From an uncultured delta proteobacterium (GTDB lineage: Bacteria; Myxococcota_A; Polyangia; Polyangiales; Polyangiaceae): a DNA stretch of 64,000 nucleotides. The DNA lies in the NCBI GenBank assembly GCA_963841435.1, contig CAWJCS010000003.1:1-64000 (forward strand). The letters run 5' to 3'. Each line of letters starts with the position of its first letter. Position 1 is the stretch's first letter. The position numbers were made by a program, and so were the translations under genes. This document shows positions 38,211 through 50,000 of this stretch, one piece after another. Under the pieces are notes generated by a model. It searched no databases and was not told the DNA's origin. It worked only from the letters and a program-made list of their open reading frames with translations.

Positions 38211-39698
38211 TCAATTCGGAACGATGCGGTCCGTGGGGTTCCAAAGGTACTGGACCCGGAACGTACCGTCGGCCGAAATCACGCTGCCCCAGACCGTCTG
38301 CGACGCCTGGTGGTTGGTGGACGAGAAGCTGAGGAGCGTGCCGATGCCGATGTCGAGGTTCTGCACGCGACCATCGAGTGTCTGCCGGAGCCGCTCGGTG
38401 TCGAGGGTGGGGCCGTTGAGCAGAAGCGCGCGCGTAAAAAGGCGTGCGGCGATGTAGCCCTCGAGCGAGGTGAACGAATAGTCGCCGCCGTCGAAGCGAT
38501 CGATGTCGGCGCGGTAGTCGGCCACGCCCTCGGCCTGCGTGTCGTAGTAGGGCACCACCTCGGTCACCATCACGCCCTCGGCGTAGCTTCGCTCGGTTCG
38601 TCCGTCGCGCACGTCAACGTAGCGCTCCGGGGGGCTCGTCAGGGCGTCGGCAAGCGCGTTGGAGCCGACGAACGAGACGTGCATGAACGCCAGATCGAGG
38701 CGTGTTGCGCGCTCGAGATCGGCGTTCACCCAGTCGAGCACGGCGCGGATGAATTTGTTGCCGGGCTGGTACGTGTCGACCATGACCACGCCCGCCGAGA
38801 GCAGCCCTGATTCGTCGCGCAGGAGGTCTTCGAGCACGCGCTCGGCCTCGACGATGGCAGGCCCCACGCTCTCGACGTCCTCGCGGTCGTAGTACAGACG
38901 CGCGATCGAGGGATCCGGCTTGGTCGAATCGGGCTGTGGCAGCGGCGAGAGCCGGTTGTAGGCGTTGACGAGGCCGCCGTAGCCGGCATCTCCGTAGCTG
39001 TCGCGCTGCGTGAACGCGATGACGTGGCGGTACGACTCGCCGGGCGGCGACGTGATGATGCGCGGCTGACGGTAGGTGGCCATGTAGTCGACCATGGCGT
39101 CCGTCTCCTGGTAGTAGCCGGCGCGGTAGTTGTAGACGTACGGCGAGTTCGTTCCGTCGCGCAGGTATTTTTGCGCGCCCGTGAAGGGCGCGAAAAAGAG
39201 CGTCTTGTTCTTCGTCGCCACGGGCGCCGTCTCGAGCATCGTGGGCGTGCCGATGTTACCGAGCAGCGCGAACACGGAATCCTTGCCGCGCACGTCGGGG
39301 GCGTCGGGGCCCGCGGCTTCCTCTTCGATGTCGAGCAGCGCCTTGGTGTTCTCGAGCGCGAGCGCGGGGTCGTAGTTGTCGTTCATACTGCGCAGCACGA
39401 GCTCGCGACCGAACACGCCGCCCTGGCCATTGACGCGTGAGAACAGGGCCAGGATGCCACGCCGCATCTCGATGCCGAGGTCCTGGCTCGGGCCCTGCAG
39501 CGGCCCGCTCATGCCGATGGTGAGCGGCTGATCGCCGGCGGCGATGCACGCCGAGCGCCCCGACACGCTGCCGCACACCTCGCCACCCGAGCAATCGGCG
39601 TCGCTGCGGCAGCTGAAGTGCGTGCCGCCGAGATCCGGCGACGAGCAGCCGAACGCGACGCCGAGCCACGCGAGGACGACGGAAGGACGCGAGAGCAC
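38211..39698 (-). CDS. Periplasmic binding protein type 1 (LivJ-like) lipoprotein with N-terminal Cys-rich module
   Basis: AFGC lipobox; IGMSGPLQG, NGQGGVFGREL, DNYDP, GNIGTP, YRAGY, EGYIAA. Confidence 0.87.
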   Translation of the reverse strand: MLSRPSVVLAWLGVAFGCSSPDLGGTHFSCRSDADCSGGEVCGSVSGRSACIAAGDQPLTIGMSGPLQGPSQDLGIEMRRGILALFSRVNGQGGVFGRELVLRSMNDNYDPALALENTKALLDIEEEAAGPDAPDVRGKDSVFALLGNIGTPTMLETAPVATKNKTLFFAPFTGAQKYLRDGTNSPYVYNYRAGYYQETDAMVDYMATYRQPRIITSPPGESYRHVIAFTQRDSYGDAGYGGLVNAYNRLSPLPQPDSTKPDPSIARLYYDREDVESVGPAIVEAERVLEDLLRDESGLLSAGVVMVDTYQPGNKFIRAVLDWVNADLERATRLDLAFMHVSFVGSNALADALTSPPERYVDVRDGRTERSYAEGVMVTEVVPYYDTQAEGVADYRADIDRFDGGDYSFTSLEGYIAARLFTRALLLNGPTLDTERLRQTLDGRVQNLDIGIGTLLSFSSTNHQASQTVWGSVISADGTFRVQYLWNPTDRIVPN

Positions 39699-39701
39699 GA
39701 C

Positions 39702-40568
39702 TCAGAAGCTCCCGAAGAGGGCGAGCGTGCCGCCCTCGGGGCCGGCGTCGAGCGCGACCGCGACGCTGCCGCGCTCGCCCGGCGTCTCGCGCCCGGCGCC
39801 CGTGAAGAAGAGCACGGCGGACGTGCCGACGAGCGCCCCGCCCAGGCCGAGACCGAGACCACCGAGCAGCTTCTTGGTATTGCCGGACCGCACGTAGCGT
39901 TCCGCCTCCGCTTCGGTCATGGGGTGAACGCCGTGGGGGTCGCCGTAGCCGGGGGCGCTCGTCACCTTGTCGTGATCGCGTGCGCCGAACACGTAGACGA
40001 CGGCGCCCGCAGCGGCGATGGCGACGCCGCCGCCGAGCGCCACCCACGGCAAGATGGCTCGCGCGCCGTGCCCGCTCGCCGGTGGCGCCGAGGGCTCGTG
40101 CGGCGCCCGGTCGGGCTCCGGCACGAACTCCGCGCGCGAGCGAAGCTCTTCGGCGCGCAGCCTTCGGAGCGCCGCGAGCGACGACTCGGCGCGCAGTCGA
40201 CCTTCGGCATCGGCACCGGGTGCTGCGACGAACGCCTCGTATTTCTCGATGGCCAGGCGCGTCTCACCGAGTCTTTCGTAACAGCGGCCGAGGTTGAAGA
40301 GCAGGTTCGAATCGTGATCGATGGCGTACGCTTCGACGAACTTCTCGATCGCGAGGCGATAGTCGCCCGCGGCGTAGTACGCCGAGCCGGCCTCGTTGAG
40401 CTCGGCGATCCGCGCGACGTCCGACGTCGCGGCGACGAGCCCCGGTGGCTTGTCCGCGGCACGGGCCGGGGGCGCGCCGAGCACCGCGAAAAGCACGACA
40501 CTCGTGACGAGGGGTAAAAGACGCGGGCAACGGTGCATGGTGGTCTCACGGCTGGGTGGCAGGGTCAT
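39702..40568 (-). CDS. Secreted TPR protein (kinase partner)
   Basis: Signal peptide; Y.AGDY..AI..F..AY...LLFNLGRCYE TPR; ends GSF; ATGA overlap with the kinase. Confidence 0.8.
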   Translation of the reverse strand: MTLPPSRETTMHRCPRLLPLVTSVVLFAVLGAPPARAADKPPGLVAATSDVARIAELNEAGSAYYAAGDYRLAIEKFVEAYAIDHDSNLLFNLGRCYERLGETRLAIEKYEAFVAAPGADAEGRLRAESSLAALRRLRAEELRSRAEFVPEPDRAPHEPSAPPASGHGARAILPWVALGGGVAIAAAGAVVYVFGARDHDKVTSAPGYGDPHGVHPMTEAEAERYVRSGNTKKLLGGLGLGLGGALVGTSAVLFFTGAGRETPGERGSVAVALDAGPEGGTLALFGSF

Positions 40569-42151
40569 TCGAGCAAGCGCGGGCGCTTTCGCTCCTCGAG
40601 CAGGTGCGCGCGCGGCGGGGCGGCCACGGCCGCATCGGTGGGCTTCGCCCCGGATGGCGCGACGGGCGGTGTGGGCTCCGACACCGCTGCGAGCGCGGCG
40701 CCCGTCGTGATGGTGCGACGCGGCGCGGGCGGTACCGCTCTTTGCGTCCGCTCGCGCGAGCGCGGCGGCGCTCGGTCGGCCTTGGGCTTCGAGCTCGGCT
40801 CGACGGCGGGTCGAGCCGGCGCGACGACGGGCGCCGCGCGGTCACGCTCGGGCGCCGTCGCACGCTCGGCCGCGGCGTGCCCGTTGACGCTCGTCGCCGT
40901 CGGCAGGGCGACCGGAGCGTTTGCGTCGGGCGCGGTGTGCGAGCCGCCGAGCGAGCGCATACCCAAGAATCCCGCGGCGAGCGCGAGCACCGAGGCGAGC
41001 ACGACCCAGAGGGCACGCGGCTTGGAGCGCGCCCAGCCTTGCTCGGGCTCGGCACCGAAGACGGTCGCGGGGACCGAGCTCTGGCCCGTCGCCATCCCGG
41101 CGACGGGCGTCAGCGGGGCGCTCGAGGGCGGCTCGCTCAGCAGGCTCGGGCGGCCGCGCAACACCGAGCTCGAGCGCTCGGCGTGCAATCGCGCCCGCGA
41201 CGGCGCGAACGGGAGGAGCGCGTTGGCGAGCTCGGCGGCATTCTGGAAGCGCTCCGCCGCCTCTTTTCTCAGGCAACGCTCGATGACGGCGGCAAGCTCG
41301 GGGGAAGCCCCTGCGCAATGCGCCGAAAGCACGGGTGGCGTCGCCTCGAGCACGAGCGCGCACACGGCGGTGACCGTCTCGCCCGCAAACGCCGGGCGCC
41401 CCGTGAGCAGCTCGAACAGCACGACACCGAGCGACCAGAGATCGGTGCGGTGGTCGACCTCCGTCGTGCCCCGGATCTGCTCGGGCGACATGTAGAGCGG
41501 CGTGCCCATCAGGCACGCGGTCTCGGCCACGTGGATCTCCTTGCCGAAGGGACGTGCAGCGAGGGCCGTTTTCGAAATGCCGAAGTCGAGCACCTTGACG
41601 ATGTCGAGGTCTCCACGGCGCGTGAGAAACAGGTTCTCGGGCTTGACGTCGCGGTGCGTGATGCCCGCCGCGTGCGCGAGAGCGAGCGCCTCGCACACCT
41701 GCATGACGTACTCGCTGGCTCGCCGCACGGAGAGCGGGCCGCCCTGCTGCAGCAGGGCCGCGAGGTTTTGCCCTTCCAGGTACTCCATCACCATGTACGG
41801 ACCGAGCGGCGGCGCCACGCCGACGTCGATCACCCTGACGATGTGCTCGCTACCGAGGTGCGCCGACGCCTTCGCTTCGCGAGCAAAACGCGAGAGCACG
41901 TCGGGCATGCGGTGCACCTCGGGCCGGATGCACTTGATGGCCACGAGCTCGTCGAGCTCGAGGTGGCGCGCCGCGAGCACGATGCCCATCGCACCCTCGC
42001 CGATGACCCGCTCGACCCGGTATTTGCCCGCAATCACCGCGCCCGGGAACGCATCCTCGGGAGGCGGTCCGAGGCTCCGCTCCACGCGCACACCGGTGAA
42101 CGATTCGCTCGCCCCGCTACCCACCCGCTCGACCAGCGGTGGAGCCGTCAC
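40565..42151 (-). CDS. Hanks-type Ser/Thr protein kinase with TM
   Basis: GEGAMG, VAIK, HRDVKPEN, DFG, YMSPEQ, DLWSLG; GTG start with RBS ggagg. Confidence 0.95.
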   Translation of the reverse strand: MTAPPLVERVGSGASESFTGVRVERSLGPPPEDAFPGAVIAGKYRVERVIGEGAMGIVLAARHLELDELVAIKCIRPEVHRMPDVLSRFAREAKASAHLGSEHIVRVIDVGVAPPLGPYMVMEYLEGQNLAALLQQGGPLSVRRASEYVMQVCEALALAHAAGITHRDVKPENLFLTRRGDLDIVKVLDFGISKTALAARPFGKEIHVAETACLMGTPLYMSPEQIRGTTEVDHRTDLWSLGVVLFELLTGRPAFAGETVTAVCALVLEATPPVLSAHCAGASPELAAVIERCLRKEAAERFQNAAELANALLPFAPSRARLHAERSSSVLRGRPSLLSEPPSSAPLTPVAGMATGQSSVPATVFGAEPEQGWARSKPRALWVVLASVLALAAGFLGMRSLGGSHTAPDANAPVALPTATSVNGHAAAERATAPERDRAAPVVAPARPAVEPSSKPKADRAPPRSRERTQRAVPPAPRRTITTGAALAAVSEPTPPVAPSGAKPTDAAVAAPPRAHLLEERKRPRLLE

Positions 42152-42405
42152 GCGCCCACCTCCGATCCGCGACCTTGCCCGGACCCTCGGCACGCTTGCA
42201 TGGGGATACTTTCGCACTCGCGGTGTGACCGAAAAATGCGTGGTTCGGCAATTGACTCGTGATGCGCGCTCACGAATCAGCGCCGCGCGGTTCCCGAAGC
42301 GGTGCACGGGCGCCGAAACTTCGCAGAACCGGCGCCTCGCCCCACCCCCTTCGGACCTTTTCGACGACGCGGCGCGACGCCGTCGCTCGGCAGCGCGAGC
42401 GGCGC

Positions 42406-42864
42406 CTAGCGGACCGCTTCGGGAAGCCGGCGGACGGCGCTTTCGACGGCGGCCTGCAGGGCGGCGTCGCGGGCGGCGGCGAGATCGGTGCCGGACTCTT
42501 CGGCGGTGGCATGGCCGTTGAGCACGGCGTGGAGCACCTGGCCGCGAGCGCGGCAGAGCACGAGCGAGACGGCGGCGGTCGCGCGCACGGACGCGCTGTC
42601 TTTTTCGCCGTCGAGCCGCTCGAGCGTCGCGCTCAGCACGAAGCGCTCGCCTGCGCGGGCGACGGGCATTTTTTCCACCTCGCGCTCGAGCGCCCGTCGC
42701 AGCGCGGGCACGAAGGGGCCCGCGGGAGCGTTGGCACGCACCTCGCCGAGCGAGACCGCCGACTGGCCCGCCCGCGTGGCGGGCGCGAGGGCGAGAACGG
42801 AGACGATCAGGCCGGGCATGAGCCGGCGGCGGACGGACGTCGAGATCGACGCGGCTTGCGCCAT
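42406..42864 (-). CDS. Hypothetical secreted protein
   Basis: Strong RBS aaggaggtg, signal-like N-terminus, 152 aa. Confidence 0.6.
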   Translation of the reverse strand: MAQAASISTSVRRRLMPGLIVSVLALAPATRAGQSAVSLGEVRANAPAGPFVPALRRALEREVEKMPVARAGERFVLSATLERLDGEKDSASVRATAAVSLVLCRARGQVLHAVLNGHATAEESGTDLAAARDAALQAAVESAVRRLPEAVR

Positions 42865-43034
42865 GAGTCACCTCCTTGTCGCGGCGGAGCAGGGGCAGCG
42901 ATCGATCCGCGCGCGAACCGTGAGTGCCATGGGCTCGACACCGACGCCGAGCCGTCCGGATGGGCTATCAGGGCCGGAGCAACCGGGCCAAATTCGCGCT
43001 CACGCCGCGCACACCTTCGATAAGCTCGCGCGGT

Positions 43035-45266
43035 TCACGCCTGATCGCGTGGCTCGAGCTTGCGGACGCGAACGGCGGAGTACTTGTAGGACGGCTGACG
43101 GGAGAACGGGTCGAACGCCGGGAACGTGAGCTGGTTGGTCGTCGCGTAGTGCATGGGCATGAACACCTGGCCCGGGCCCACGACATGCGTCGGGTGCGCG
43201 CGTGCGCGGAGCTTGCCGCGCTTCGACTCGACGATCACCCATTGTCCGGGGACGATGCCGAGGCGCTCGCTGTCTTCGGGGCTGAGCTCGACGTAGGGCT
43301 CGTTGGCGTAGAGGCGGCGGAGCACCGCGGATTTCGCGGTGCGTGTCTGCGTGTGCCACTGGCTCGACGAACCGCGCCCCGTGAGCAGGATGAACGGAAA
43401 GGCCTCGCTCGTGGCTTCCGGGACGGGGCGCGGCGCATCGAAGACGAAGCGCGCCTTTTTGTCGGGGAAGAAGAAGCGTCCGTCAGCGAACAGCCGGCGC
43501 TGGCTCTGCGCGACGACGTGCTGACCTTCGGCGAGCGGCCACTGCACGCCGCAGAGCTCGTCGAGCGCCGCGTAGTCGGCGATGCCCATGATGTCGCAGG
43601 GTCTATCCTTCGAAAGCTCCTTCATGAGCTGAAACGTCGCTTCGGGATCCGAAAAGCGACGAAAGAGCTCGCCGACGCCCCACGCTTCGGCGAGGAGCTT
43701 GATGATGTAGAAATCCGAGAGCGCCTCGCCCGGCGCGCGGGAGACTTTCTTGAGCAGCCCGTAGCGGCGCTCGGAGTTGATGAAGGTGCCTTCCTTCTCG
43801 CCCCAGCCCGCGGCCGGCAAGACGAGGTGCGCATGCGCGGCCGTTTCCGTCGTCGCGTACATGTCTTGCACGACGAGAAAATCGAGGCGATCGAGCAAGT
43901 CATGGGCGTCGTTCTGGTTGATCCAGGAATGCGCAGTGTTGGTGGCGACGACCCAGAGCCCGCGGATTTTCCCGCTCAGAATGCCCTCCATGATCTGGTC
44001 GTACGCGAGGCTCGGGCGATCCGGAATGCGCTCGACGGGAATGCCGAGGATGCGCGCGACCTCGGCGCGGTCGTCCGCGTCTTCGAAGGCGCGGCCGCCG
44101 AGCAGGTTCGTGGTGTTGCTGAACAGGCGCGAGCCCATGGCGTTGCACTGGCCCGTGATCGAGTTCGGGCCCGTGCCGGGGCGGCCGATGTTGCCCGTCA
44201 TGAGGCACAGGTTGATGAGCGCCTGAGCGACGCGCACGCCTTCGTGGCTCTGGTTCACGCCCATCGTCCACCAGATGCTCACGCGCTTGCCCTGGCCGAC
44301 GAGCTCAGCGAGCCGTCGGATGGCGTCGCCGTCGAGGCCCGTCGCCTCCACGGCGCGTTCGATGGTGTACGGCTCGACGTGCGCGGCAAACTCGTCGAAA
44401 CCGGCGGTGTGCGCGTCGACGAAGGCTCGGTCGACGAGACCACGCGCGATGAGATGCCGCGCGACGGCGTAGAACAGGACGAGGTCCGATTTCGGCCTGA
44501 GCGGCAGGTGCAACGTGGCCGCCATGGCCGTTTCGGTGCGGCGCGGGTCGATCACCACGATTTCGGGGTGGTGGGGATTGCGCGTCACGCGCTCCCACAG
44601 GATGGGGTGGGCGATAGAGAGGTTCGAACCCACGAGCACGATGACGTCCGACTGCTCGAAGTCCTCGTAGGTGTACGGCGGCGCGTCGAAGCCGAATGCT
44701 TCCTTGTACGCGACGACCGCCGTCGCCATGCACTGGCGCGTGTTGCCGTCGCCGTGCACGACGCCCATGCCGAATTTCGCGAAGCTGCCTAGCAGCGCGA
44801 GCTCCTCGGTCGGCATCTGTCCGGTACCGAGGAAGGCGACGCTTTCGGGACCGTGCTCGGAGAGAATCCCCCGGAACCGCGTCACGAACGTCTCGAGCGC
44901 GGTCTCCCAGCTCACCTTTGCGAGCACGCCGCGCGCGTTTCTGAGCATCGGGTGGAGCGCACGATCGTCGGCGGCGAGCGGCGTGAGCGCTTCCCAGCCC
45001 TTCGGGCAGGCCATACCCCAATTGACCGGGTAGTCGCGCGACGGCGAGAGGCCGACGGCCTCGCCATTCTGGAGGTGGATCTCGAGACCGCAGCCCGTCG
45101 AGCAGTAGCCGCACACGGCCGTCGTCGTCGCGTCCGGCTTCTTCGCGTTCGGCACTTGACCGAGGCCAAAGCCGCCCGGCGTCCGTACGAGCTCGGCGGT
45201 GAGCGGACCCGTTCGCTGATGGATCAGCGAAAGCGCCTTCTTCGCGAGGTCCTTGGGCGCGCTCAC
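43035..45266 (-). CDS. nasA: Assimilatory-type nitrate reductase catalytic subunit (NasA/NarB, Mo-bisMGD)
   Basis: CGYCSTGC...CPKG [4Fe-4S]; NTRQCMATA Mo ligand; [21 protein letters not shown]; no Tat signal. Confidence 0.92.
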   Translation of the reverse strand: MSAPKDLAKKALSLIHQRTGPLTAELVRTPGGFGLGQVPNAKKPDATTTAVCGYCSTGCGLEIHLQNGEAVGLSPSRDYPVNWGMACPKGWEALTPLAADDRALHPMLRNARGVLAKVSWETALETFVTRFRGILSEHGPESVAFLGTGQMPTEELALLGSFAKFGMGVVHGDGNTRQCMATAVVAYKEAFGFDAPPYTYEDFEQSDVIVLVGSNLSIAHPILWERVTRNPHHPEIVVIDPRRTETAMAATLHLPLRPKSDLVLFYAVARHLIARGLVDRAFVDAHTAGFDEFAAHVEPYTIERAVEATGLDGDAIRRLAELVGQGKRVSIWWTMGVNQSHEGVRVAQALINLCLMTGNIGRPGTGPNSITGQCNAMGSRLFSNTTNLLGGRAFEDADDRAEVARILGIPVERIPDRPSLAYDQIMEGILSGKIRGLWVVATNTAHSWINQNDAHDLLDRLDFLVVQDMYATTETAAHAHLVLPAAGWGEKEGTFINSERRYGLLKKVSRAPGEALSDFYIIKLLAEAWGVGELFRRFSDPEATFQLMKELSKDRPCDIMGIADYAALDELCGVQWPLAEGQHVVAQSQRRLFADGRFFFPDKKARFVFDAPRPVPEATSEAFPFILLTGRGSSSQWHTQTRTAKSAVLRRLYANEPYVELSPEDSERLGIVPGQWVIVESKRGKLRARAHPTHVVGPGQVFMPMHYATTNQLTFPAFDPFSRQPSYKYSAVRVRKLEPRDQA

Positions 45267-47038
45267 GGACCGACCGCTCCGGGCATCTTGGGCGCCGAGA
45301 GCGCTCGAAAGAACAGCACGCGCTCGAATGTCTCACCCCCGAGCAAAAACACCCACGCGGCGAGCGACAGCACGACGAGCTCGCCACTCGACGGCTCGTC
45401 CGCGCGCCAGGTCCCGAGCACGACGAGCACGCCGAGCGCGCCCAACACGAGCCTCGCCGTCGCAGGCGCGCGCAACTCGCCGACGAGCAACAGCGCCGTG
45501 CGCCTGAGCTCACCGAGCCCACGCTCGCGAAGGTGCAGGAGGATCTCGGCGTCCGTGAGCAGCTTGACGAGGGCGAACCAAAACAGCGGCCCGAGGAGCG
45601 CCTGCGCCGCACCCACGGCCGCGTGCGGGACGGCACCGAGCAGGCCGAGCACACAAAGCGTGACGATCGTCGTGGAGAGGCCGAGCACGGCGCCGGTGGA
45701 CACGAAGCGCGCGCTCGTCCGCACGGTGCTCCACCACGCACGGTGTGTCACCTGATAGAGCATCATCGAGGCGAACACACCGAGGGCGCCGCTCGCCGCG
45801 ACCACCCAGCCGAGCGCGGCGCGCAGCCCGCCGAGCACGGCCGCGTCGGGCAGCTCGATACCGGCGCGGGCCGCGAGCGGCTCGAACCAGAACGACGACG
45901 CGTAGACGACGGCGCTCCCCGCGAACAGGCCGAACGCCGCCGCTTCGCGGCTCATCCACGACGTGCGGATGCCGAGCACCGCGCGAAACGCGTACGCGGG
46001 GCGCCCGAGGTGAAAGACGCTCGCGCCGAGCGCGAGCAGGCCCATGGCGAGCGCGACGAGGGAGCGGTACGGCCGCCCGGTTTCGCCGCCGCCCGCGACG
46101 AGCGCATCGACGAGAAGGTCGACGGCGAAGGTACCCACCGAGAGCTGCGTGAGCACGAGCAAGGCGACGAGCGGCGAATGCGAATGCGAGCTTCGGACGC
46201 GCTGGAAATCGGCGGGCAGCGTGTTGCGCGGCAACGGGCGGCGCGACACGTAGTTCGTCGTCGGCACGGTGATGTTCGGCGACGGTGCGCCCGGCAAGAA
46301 GGCCTCCCCTTTCGCGTCTTCGAGCACGCGCTCTACTTCGACGATGCGAATCGAGATGGCGCCGTTCGGACAGGCTTGCACGCAGGCCGGCGCCTCGCCC
46401 ACGGCGAGCCGGTCGCTGCACATGTCGCACTTTCTCACGATGCCGCGCTTCTTGCTGAACTGCGGCACGTCGTACGGGCAGGTGAAGGTGCAGTATTGGC
46501 AACCGATGCACTGGTCGTCCAGGTGCTTCACGATGCCGGTCACGGCGTCCTTCTCGTACGCGCCCACCGGGCAACCCTTCATGCAGCCCGGGTCGAGGCA
46601 GTGGTGGCAGGCCGTCGTCACGGTTTGTTGCACGGGCTCGGTGGCGGTGCCGCCGTGCAAGAGGCCCACGCTGCGCCAGGTCTCGCCCTCGTCGTCGTCG
46701 AGCCCGTTCAGCTGGTGGCACGCCGTGACGCACGCCTTGCAGCCCGTGCACGCGTCGAGGTCGACCTCGAAGGCGAGCTGCTCGCCCTGCTTGGGGCGCG
46801 TGAGTGGCACGAAATCCTCGTAAAAGCGTGCGTCGGGACCGAGCGCTTCGGCGTCGTGGCGCTGCGCGAAGCGCTCGACGGCCGTGAGCCGCGCCTGCTC
46901 CTCGAGGTATTGCGCGACGAGCGGCAACCGCCGACGCGAGCGCGACTCGCGGGCGGACGGCGGAGCGAGCGACGACGCGTCGGAAACCATCGGGGAGCTC
47001 GCAGCCGTTTCGTGGACGCCGAGCGTCACGCCGGGCAC
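45263..47038 (-). CDS. Fused DmsB-like 4x[4Fe-4S] and DmsC-like membrane anchor
   Basis: [35 protein letters not shown]...CVQAC; LTQLSVG, HLGRP, SWMSRE, ER..FF; multiple TM. Confidence 0.9.
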   Translation of the reverse strand: MPGVTLGVHETAASSPMVSDASSLAPPSARESRSRRRLPLVAQYLEEQARLTAVERFAQRHDAEALGPDARFYEDFVPLTRPKQGEQLAFEVDLDACTGCKACVTACHQLNGLDDDEGETWRSVGLLHGGTATEPVQQTVTTACHHCLDPGCMKGCPVGAYEKDAVTGIVKHLDDQCIGCQYCTFTCPYDVPQFSKKRGIVRKCDMCSDRLAVGEAPACVQACPNGAISIRIVEVERVLEDAKGEAFLPGAPSPNITVPTTNYVSRRPLPRNTLPADFQRVRSSHSHSPLVALLVLTQLSVGTFAVDLLVDALVAGGGETGRPYRSLVALAMGLLALGASVFHLGRPAYAFRAVLGIRTSWMSREAAAFGLFAGSAVVYASSFWFEPLAARAGIELPDAAVLGGLRAALGWVVAASGALGVFASMMLYQVTHRAWWSTVRTSARFVSTGAVLGLSTTIVTLCVLGLLGAVPHAAVGAAQALLGPLFWFALVKLLTDAEILLHLRERGLGELRRTALLLVGELRAPATARLVLGALGVLVVLGTWRADEPSSGELVVLSLAAWVFLLGGETFERVLFFRALSAPKMPGAVGP

Positions 47039-50000
47039 GCCATCTCCGCGAGCTTGATCGGTACGAGCTGCCCGACCTCGCGAACGTTCGGGAGATCGAC
47101 GAGCACGAAGCCGTTTTCCACCTTCACGGGGAAAGTGCGAATGCGATACGGGTCGCCGCTCAGGCAGTCGCCGCTCTTCAGCGAGAACGTCTTCTTGTGC
47201 TGCGGGCACGCGATCTTCGGCTCTCCCTTCTGATCGCCGAGGATGCCCCGCGAGAGCACCATGTCCTTCATGTGCGGGCAGAGGTTCTGGCTGGCGTACC
47301 ACTCACCGCGAGAGCTGAAGTTGTAGACGGCAATCTGCGCCTCGCCGTAGCGTACGGCCACGCCGCCGTCCTTCGGGAAATCCTCCACGCGGCCGACCTT
47401 GACCCAGCTCGTCTGAATGAGCGGCAGGTGCAGGCGCGAGCGCACCTTGGCCGGCTCGTCGTCTTTCCAGTCGCGCGGGCGTTTCTGGCCGCGCTGGTCG
47501 ATGAGCTCGACGCTGTCGTCGTGCTCGCCCGTGTTCGCATAGTGCTTGAAGCGGGCGCGCTTCTTCGGGTCACGCACGACCTCGGCCCATTCGCACTTGT
47601 AGGTGTCGACGAGAAACTGCATCTGGCGCTCGAGCTCGTCGGCAATACCGAGCCGGTCGTGAATCACGACGGCACGCAAGTATTCGATGCCACCCTCGAG
47701 CTTCTCGAACCACGTCGCCGTACGCGTCAGTCGGTCGGCGGTGGCGATGTAGTACATCAAGAAGCGGTCGATGTATTTGATGACCGTCGCTTCGTCGAGA
47801 TCGGCGGCGAGCAGCACGGCGTGCTTGGGCTTCATGCCACCGTTACCGCACACGTAGAGGTTCCAGCCCTTCTCCGTGGCGATCAGGCCGAAGTCCTTGC
47901 CTTGTGCTTCGGCGCATTCCCGGATGCAGCCGCTCACGGCGGACTTGAGCTTGTGCGGGGCGCGCAGCCCTTTGTAGCGATTTTCGACGCGGATCGCGAA
48001 GCCCACCGAGTCCTGCACGCCGAAGCGGCACCAAGTCGTGCCGACGCAGCTTTTCACGGTCCGGACGGCCTTGCCGTAGGCGTGTCCGCTCTCGAAGCCC
48101 GCGTTGACGAGCTCCTCCCAGATGTCGGGCAGCTGGTCGACACGCGCACCGAAAAGGTCGATGCGCTGCCCGCCCGTGATCTTGGCGTAGAGGCCGTACT
48201 TTCTGGCGACCTCACCGAGCACGATCAGCTTCTCGGGCAAGATCTCGCCGCCGGGGATGCGTGGCACGATCGAGTAGAGGCCGCCGCGCTGGATGTTCGC
48301 GAGAAAGCGGTCGTTCGTGTCCTGGAGCGTCGCATGCGGCTCCTCGAGGATCATGTCGTTGTAGAGCACCGCGAGAATCGATGCCACGGCGGGCTTGCAG
48401 ATCTCGCAGCCGTTGCCGGTACCATGCGAGCGCAAGAGCTCGTCGAACGTGCGATGGCCCTTGATCTTGAGGACCTCGTAAAGCTCTTGGCGCGTGAGCG
48501 CGAAGTGCTCGCACAGGCCCTCGCGGACGATCTGGCCCGCGGCCTTGAGCTCGGCCTTGAGGATGTCGGTGACGAGCGGCATGCAGCCGCCACAGCCCGA
48601 GCCCGCCCGCGTCTTGCTCTTGATCTCGCTGACCGTCGAGCATTCGCCACGCCGGATCGCGTGGCAGATCTGTTGTTTCGTGACGTTGTTGCACGAGCAA
48701 ACCTGGGCCGATTCGCCGAGCCCCGCGCTCGCCGATTGGCCCTCGCGGGCACCGAAAATGAGCTCTTCCGGATTGTCGGGCAGCGTCTGATCGCTGCGCA
48801 TCACCTGCGTGAGGCGCGTGTAGTCGGCCGCGTCGCCCACGAGGATGCCGCCGAGGAGCTTCGTGCGATCCTCGCTGACGACGAGCTTCTTGTAGACACC
48901 CTTGACGAGGTCTTCGTAGAGGATGCTCGCGCCGCCCGTCGCGTCGGCGAACGGGTCACCGAAGCTTGCCACGTCGACGCCGAGGAGCTTGAGCTTGGCG
49001 GAGAGGTCGCTGCCCTGGTACTTTGCCGACGCGTCGCCCACGAGGTTTCGCGCGAGCACCGTCGCCATCTCGTAGCCAGGAGCGACGAGACCGTAAACGA
49101 CGTTGTCGTAGAGCGCGCACTCGCCCACGGCGCGCACGGTCGGGTCACTCGTGCGCAGGTGATCGTCGACGACGATGCCACCGCGGTCGCCCACCTCGAG
49201 ACCGGCCTCGCGCGCCAGCTCGTCACGCGGCCGGATACCGGCCGCCACGATGAGCAGATCGGCCTCGAGCGGGTCGCCCTCGCTAAACTCCACGCCTTCG
49301 ACCGAGCGGTCGCCGAGCACGCGCTGCGCCGCGAGATTCAGGTGCACTTGCACGCCGAGGGCCTGAATACTGCGGGTCAAGAGGCGCGCGCCCGCGCCGT
49401 CGAGCTGGCGCGGCATGAGACGCGGAGCGAACTCGACGACGTGCGTCTCGAGCCCTAGATCGTGCACGGCCTTGGCGGCCTCGAGGCCGAGCAAACCGCC
49501 GCCGAGCACGACGGCACGCTTCGCGCGCTTTGCATGCTCGCGAATCCCGACGAGATCTTCGATGGTGCGGTAGACGAAGACGCCCGCCTTGTCGACGCCG
49601 GGGATGGGCGGAACGAACGGCATCGACCCCGTCGCGAGCACGGCGACGTCGTACGGCACCCATTCGCCGCTCGACGAGCGCACCGCGCGGCGCTTGCGAT
49701 TGAGCTCGACGGCGCGTTCGCCGAGCAGCACGCGAATCCCGCGCTCCTTGTACCAGTCGAGGCCCGCGAGCAAAAGCTCGTCGGCGCCCGACTTTTCGAA
49801 GAAGCTCGTGAGCGCCACGCGATCGTACGCCGGGCGTGGCTCCTCGCAGAAGGTGACGACCTGGTAGCGGCGTTCAGTGTCGAGCTCGCTGATGCGCTCG
49901 CACACTTTCCAGCCGACCATGCCGTTGCCGACGACGACGATCGTCTGCCGAGCGGCACCGCCTGCGCGGGGCGGCGCTGCGGGCTTTTCAGAGCCGCGCG

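Noticed and set aside
42905-42930. TGGCAC as a sigma54 -24 box upstream of the 42864 gene
   Set aside because: No TTGC -12 element at the correct spacing.
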